From an uncultured Thermoplasmata archaeon (GTDB lineage Archaea > Thermoplasmatota > Thermoplasmata > Halarchaeoplasmatales > Halarchaeoplasmataceae), in NCBI GenBank assembly GCA_964458595.1, contig CAYWJQ010000005.1, positions 85,298 to 149,297 on the forward strand: 64,000 nt of DNA, written 5' to 3'. Shown piece by piece: positions 61,590 through 64,000 of this stretch. A program made the position numbers and the translations under genes. The notes below the pieces were generated by a model. It saw only the letters and a list, made by a program, of their open reading frames with translations. It was not told where the DNA came from and searched no databases. The stretch's first letter is position 1. Each line of letters begins with the position of its first letter.

Positions 61590-63772
61590 TCCATCACGTC
61601 CTTTTCAAGTTTTGTGTGTTCCCTTTCTGATCTGAATGGAGTAAAGGGAGAACCTCCACCTTCATAAAAGTAGCCGAAGAATTCGACATATTGTAATCGT
61701 AAGGAATGGACGAAGGCACCTAAAGCCTGAAGAACGGCGTTGGCGAGGTGACCTCCAATGATGATGATCAATCCTAGTATGTAGAAAGGCGCTGAGGCGC
61801 TTATGATACCCAAATAACCTAAACCACCTAGAGCGCCCATCAGAAGTATAAGCGATCCGACTCCCTGGTACATCTTGTTTTTATCCATGAAGCCCTTAAG
61901 TATCACCGCAGCTCCCGCGATCAGTAAGATCACGGTCAAGTATATCGGCATCTTGGCAGCGGTGATGAGATCAGCTAAAACGTTGACGGTCAGGGCTATA
62001 CCCGAAGTGGCGAGGCCCAACGCCAAAATCCTAGAGAATGATAGGAAGTCTCCGATGAATCCGGTGAGTTCAAAGAAAGATAATCCTTTTGCCCTGATCA
62101 CCATGAGTGCAAGACCAATGGCGGATAAAACACCAGCTCCAAGATAAATAGTGGGATTATACACTGATGTAAATTGTTCCCATCCGAACAATTTACCAGA
62201 AAGAAGTATGAATCCGCCGGGTTCTAAAGTCCACCAAGATATGTTTTCGATCAATATCTGTCTGTAATTCCCTCTTTTGAAGTGTTGGACGACTTGGAGT
62301 ATCATACCCAAGTTCAGATAAGCCAAACCGATCAGGAGAGAGATGACCAACAGGGTCAGCGGTCCCTGACCTTCCAAGGTCTGAAGTATGGCGGAATCGT
62401 TGATGAACCCGAGTCCTATCCTACCCATGAGGTTGGGATGTGAACCCTTGCTGGGGCCTAAATAACCTCCCTGCAGCACTCCGAAAATGACGGTAGAGGC
62501 CCCCGTAGCTAACAGTAAATAACCGAATTCTTTAGTTCCCTGCTCTACCTTCCCGATCCCCTTGATAAGGACGATAGAGGTGATCATTATCAAGATACCA
62601 TAGACCGCATCACCCAGCATCAGGCCGAAAAACAGAACGAAAGCCGGAGCCAAAATAAGCGTGGGATCGACTTCGTCGTAGTTCGGTGGGGCGAACATAT
62701 TGGTCAATATCTCGAACGGTTTTATGGGCTTTGGATTATCGAGCGAGACCGGGACTTCGTCGGGATCCTCGGGCTCCTCTTCCACGACTTCGGCATGACC
62801 CTCGGAATTCTCCAGCACCGTCTTTTCCACCTTGTCGACTTGGTCTTCAGGCGTCCAAGCCTTGATAACGCTGGTCTGATCCGTCATGCCGAAGTTCTTA
62901 GACACCTCTTTCTTATTTCTATATATGTTCAATTCTTCCCTTAGAACCAGATAATCCTTCTCCCACTCCTCTTTCATCTCATTCAATTCTTCTTCTAGAG
63001 TGACTTTCTTCTCTTTGAGTTCTTTTATTTTAGTGTAAACATTTCCCAGAGCCTCTTTGGGATGCCCTTTCAAACGATCGATATCCAATTTCTTAAAATT
63101 ACCCTCGCGGAGAGCGGCTTCGAATTCTTCTTTTTTGCGGATATGAACTCCGGTGATAACAACGTATTCATCCTCGCCTATCTGGTTTATAGAATAAAAC
63201 GATTCATCTATCTCCGACATCGCTCTTTTGAATTTGACAGGACTGGATATCTTTCCTATCCTTATGTCCGTGAAAGAAGAATCTTGAAGCATCGACAGGT
63301 CTACATCCAGATCCTCTATTTTGGTCAGATCTTCTTTTAAGGACTCCAGATCTTCCAATTCCTCTTCGATATCGGAAAGTTCCTCGTCTATATCTTTTAT
63401 CTTTTCTCCGCTATTTTCGACGAGGTCGTCTATCTCTTCGAATATACTGGAAAGATCCTTCTTTTCTCTCTTAACTTTCTCTATCTCGGAAGGGTTGATC
63501 ATCTCACCTAAACTTTCATCTTCCTCTTCAACCCTACCGAAAGTATCAAGAATAGAAGCCAATTTCATGTCGTAATCCGTGCATTTCCCGATAACTTCGG
63601 GAATACTGCCCTTTTCTTCCTCCAATGCTTCAAAAACCTCTTCATCTCTATCTACGGAGGTGATCTCGGCTATCCCCCTTTCGTGCAGGGAGTCGACCAC
63701 TTCGTCTATGTAATCGGCGTGTACGACGATAGTGAGATCTTTCATCCGCTCGGGAAAGAGCACTCTTCTCAT
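61586..63772 (-). CDS. atpI: A1AO ATP synthase subunit I (a)
   Basis: 728 aa with an N-terminal soluble coiled-coil domain and a C-terminal polytopic membrane domain. It overlaps both atpK and atpH. Confidence 0.9.
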   Translation of the reverse strand: MRRVLFPERMKDLTIVVHADYIDEVVDSLHERGIAEITSVDRDEEVFEALEEEKGSIPEVIGKCTDYDMKLASILDTFGRVEEEDESLGEMINPSEIEKVKREKKDLSSIFEEIDDLVENSGEKIKDIDEELSDIEEELEDLESLKEDLTKIEDLDVDLSMLQDSSFTDIRIGKISSPVKFKRAMSEIDESFYSINQIGEDEYVVITGVHIRKKEEFEAALREGNFKKLDIDRLKGHPKEALGNVYTKIKELKEKKVTLEEELNEMKEEWEKDYLVLREELNIYRNKKEVSKNFGMTDQTSVIKAWTPEDQVDKVEKTVLENSEGHAEVVEEEPEDPDEVPVSLDNPKPIKPFEILTNMFAPPNYDEVDPTLILAPAFVLFFGLMLGDAVYGILIMITSIVLIKGIGKVEQGTKEFGYLLLATGASTVIFGVLQGGYLGPSKGSHPNLMGRIGLGFINDSAILQTLEGQGPLTLLVISLLIGLAYLNLGMILQVVQHFKRGNYRQILIENISWWTLEPGGFILLSGKLFGWEQFTSVYNPTIYLGAGVLSAIGLALMVIRAKGLSFFELTGFIGDFLSFSRILALGLATSGIALTVNVLADLITAAKMPIYLTVILLIAGAAVILKGFMDKNKMYQGVGSLILLMGALGGLGYLGIISASAPFYILGLIIIIGGHLANAVLQALGAFVHSLRLQYVEFFGYFYEGGGSPFTPFRSEREHTKLEKDVME

Positions 63773-63996
63773 ACCTCCGTTACCTTGTCTAAAACATGTT
63801 CTACGGCATCGGATATATTCTCTTCAGTGGATCTCTTGATCCTTTCACTTTCCTCTTCCGCTTCCTTCTTTATCTTTTCGGCCCTCTTTTCGGCCTCTTC
63901 CTTCGCTTCTTTCTTCTTCTCTTCATACTCTTTTCTCAGCGAAAATAGCGCGTCCTCTTTTTCTTGTTGAGCCTCTTCCTTCGCTCTTTCCACCAT
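63769..63996 (-). CDS. atpH: A1AO ATP synthase subunit H (the 5' end may extend beyond the window)
   Basis: A charged coiled-coil (AEKRAEKIKKEAEEESERIK) small protein at the head of the atpHIKECFAB operon. The window ends 4 nt upstream of the first ATG. Confidence 0.65.
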   Translation of the reverse strand: MVERAKEEAQQEKEDALFSLRKEYEEKKKEAKEEAEKRAEKIKKEAEEESERIKRSTEENISDAVEHVLDKVTEV

Positions 63997-64000
63997 ATCT

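Overview
This 64-kb window is an archaeal chromosomal segment with dense coding on both strands, roughly mid-40s % GC, and markedly acidic (D/E-rich) proteins, which suggests a salt-in halophile-type archaeon. The lineage cannot be resolved from sequence alone. Most genes are housekeeping. Translation and RNA genes: class I LysRS (5' partial), NAC, the EF-1alpha/uS10/tRNA-Ala(UGC, with intron) str-operon tail, aIF-1A, Gar1-TFB, TiaS, Tsr3 and a Trm112-like ORF. DNA-metabolism genes: XPD, a giant Lhr-like helicase, family-4 UDG, a RecJ-like DHH nuclease and the PolD small subunit. Metabolic genes: prs, thiE and thiL plus an AIR-synthase paralog, ubiX, ltaE and HypB. There is an Etf-linked lactate cluster made up of etfB, etfA, a LarA-family gene and a GlcD-type FAD dehydrogenase, and a heliorhodopsin gene. 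The A1AO ATP synthase operon atpH-I-K-E-C-F-A-B is complete except for atpD; atpA carries a 525-aa LAGLIDADG intein in its P-loop. atpK is a six-hairpin (about 12 TM) proteolipid fused to an N-terminal signal peptide plus an ectodomain of about 110 aa. Other noteworthy items are a 255-bp tandem repeat (about 2.4 copies) full of hairpins and carrying degenerate copies of the tRNA-Ala 3' end that abuts the tRNA gene, a homopolymer frameshift that splits an HD-domain gene, a wHTH-ATPase-TPR STAND-like protein, and a small paralog/pseudogene pair.
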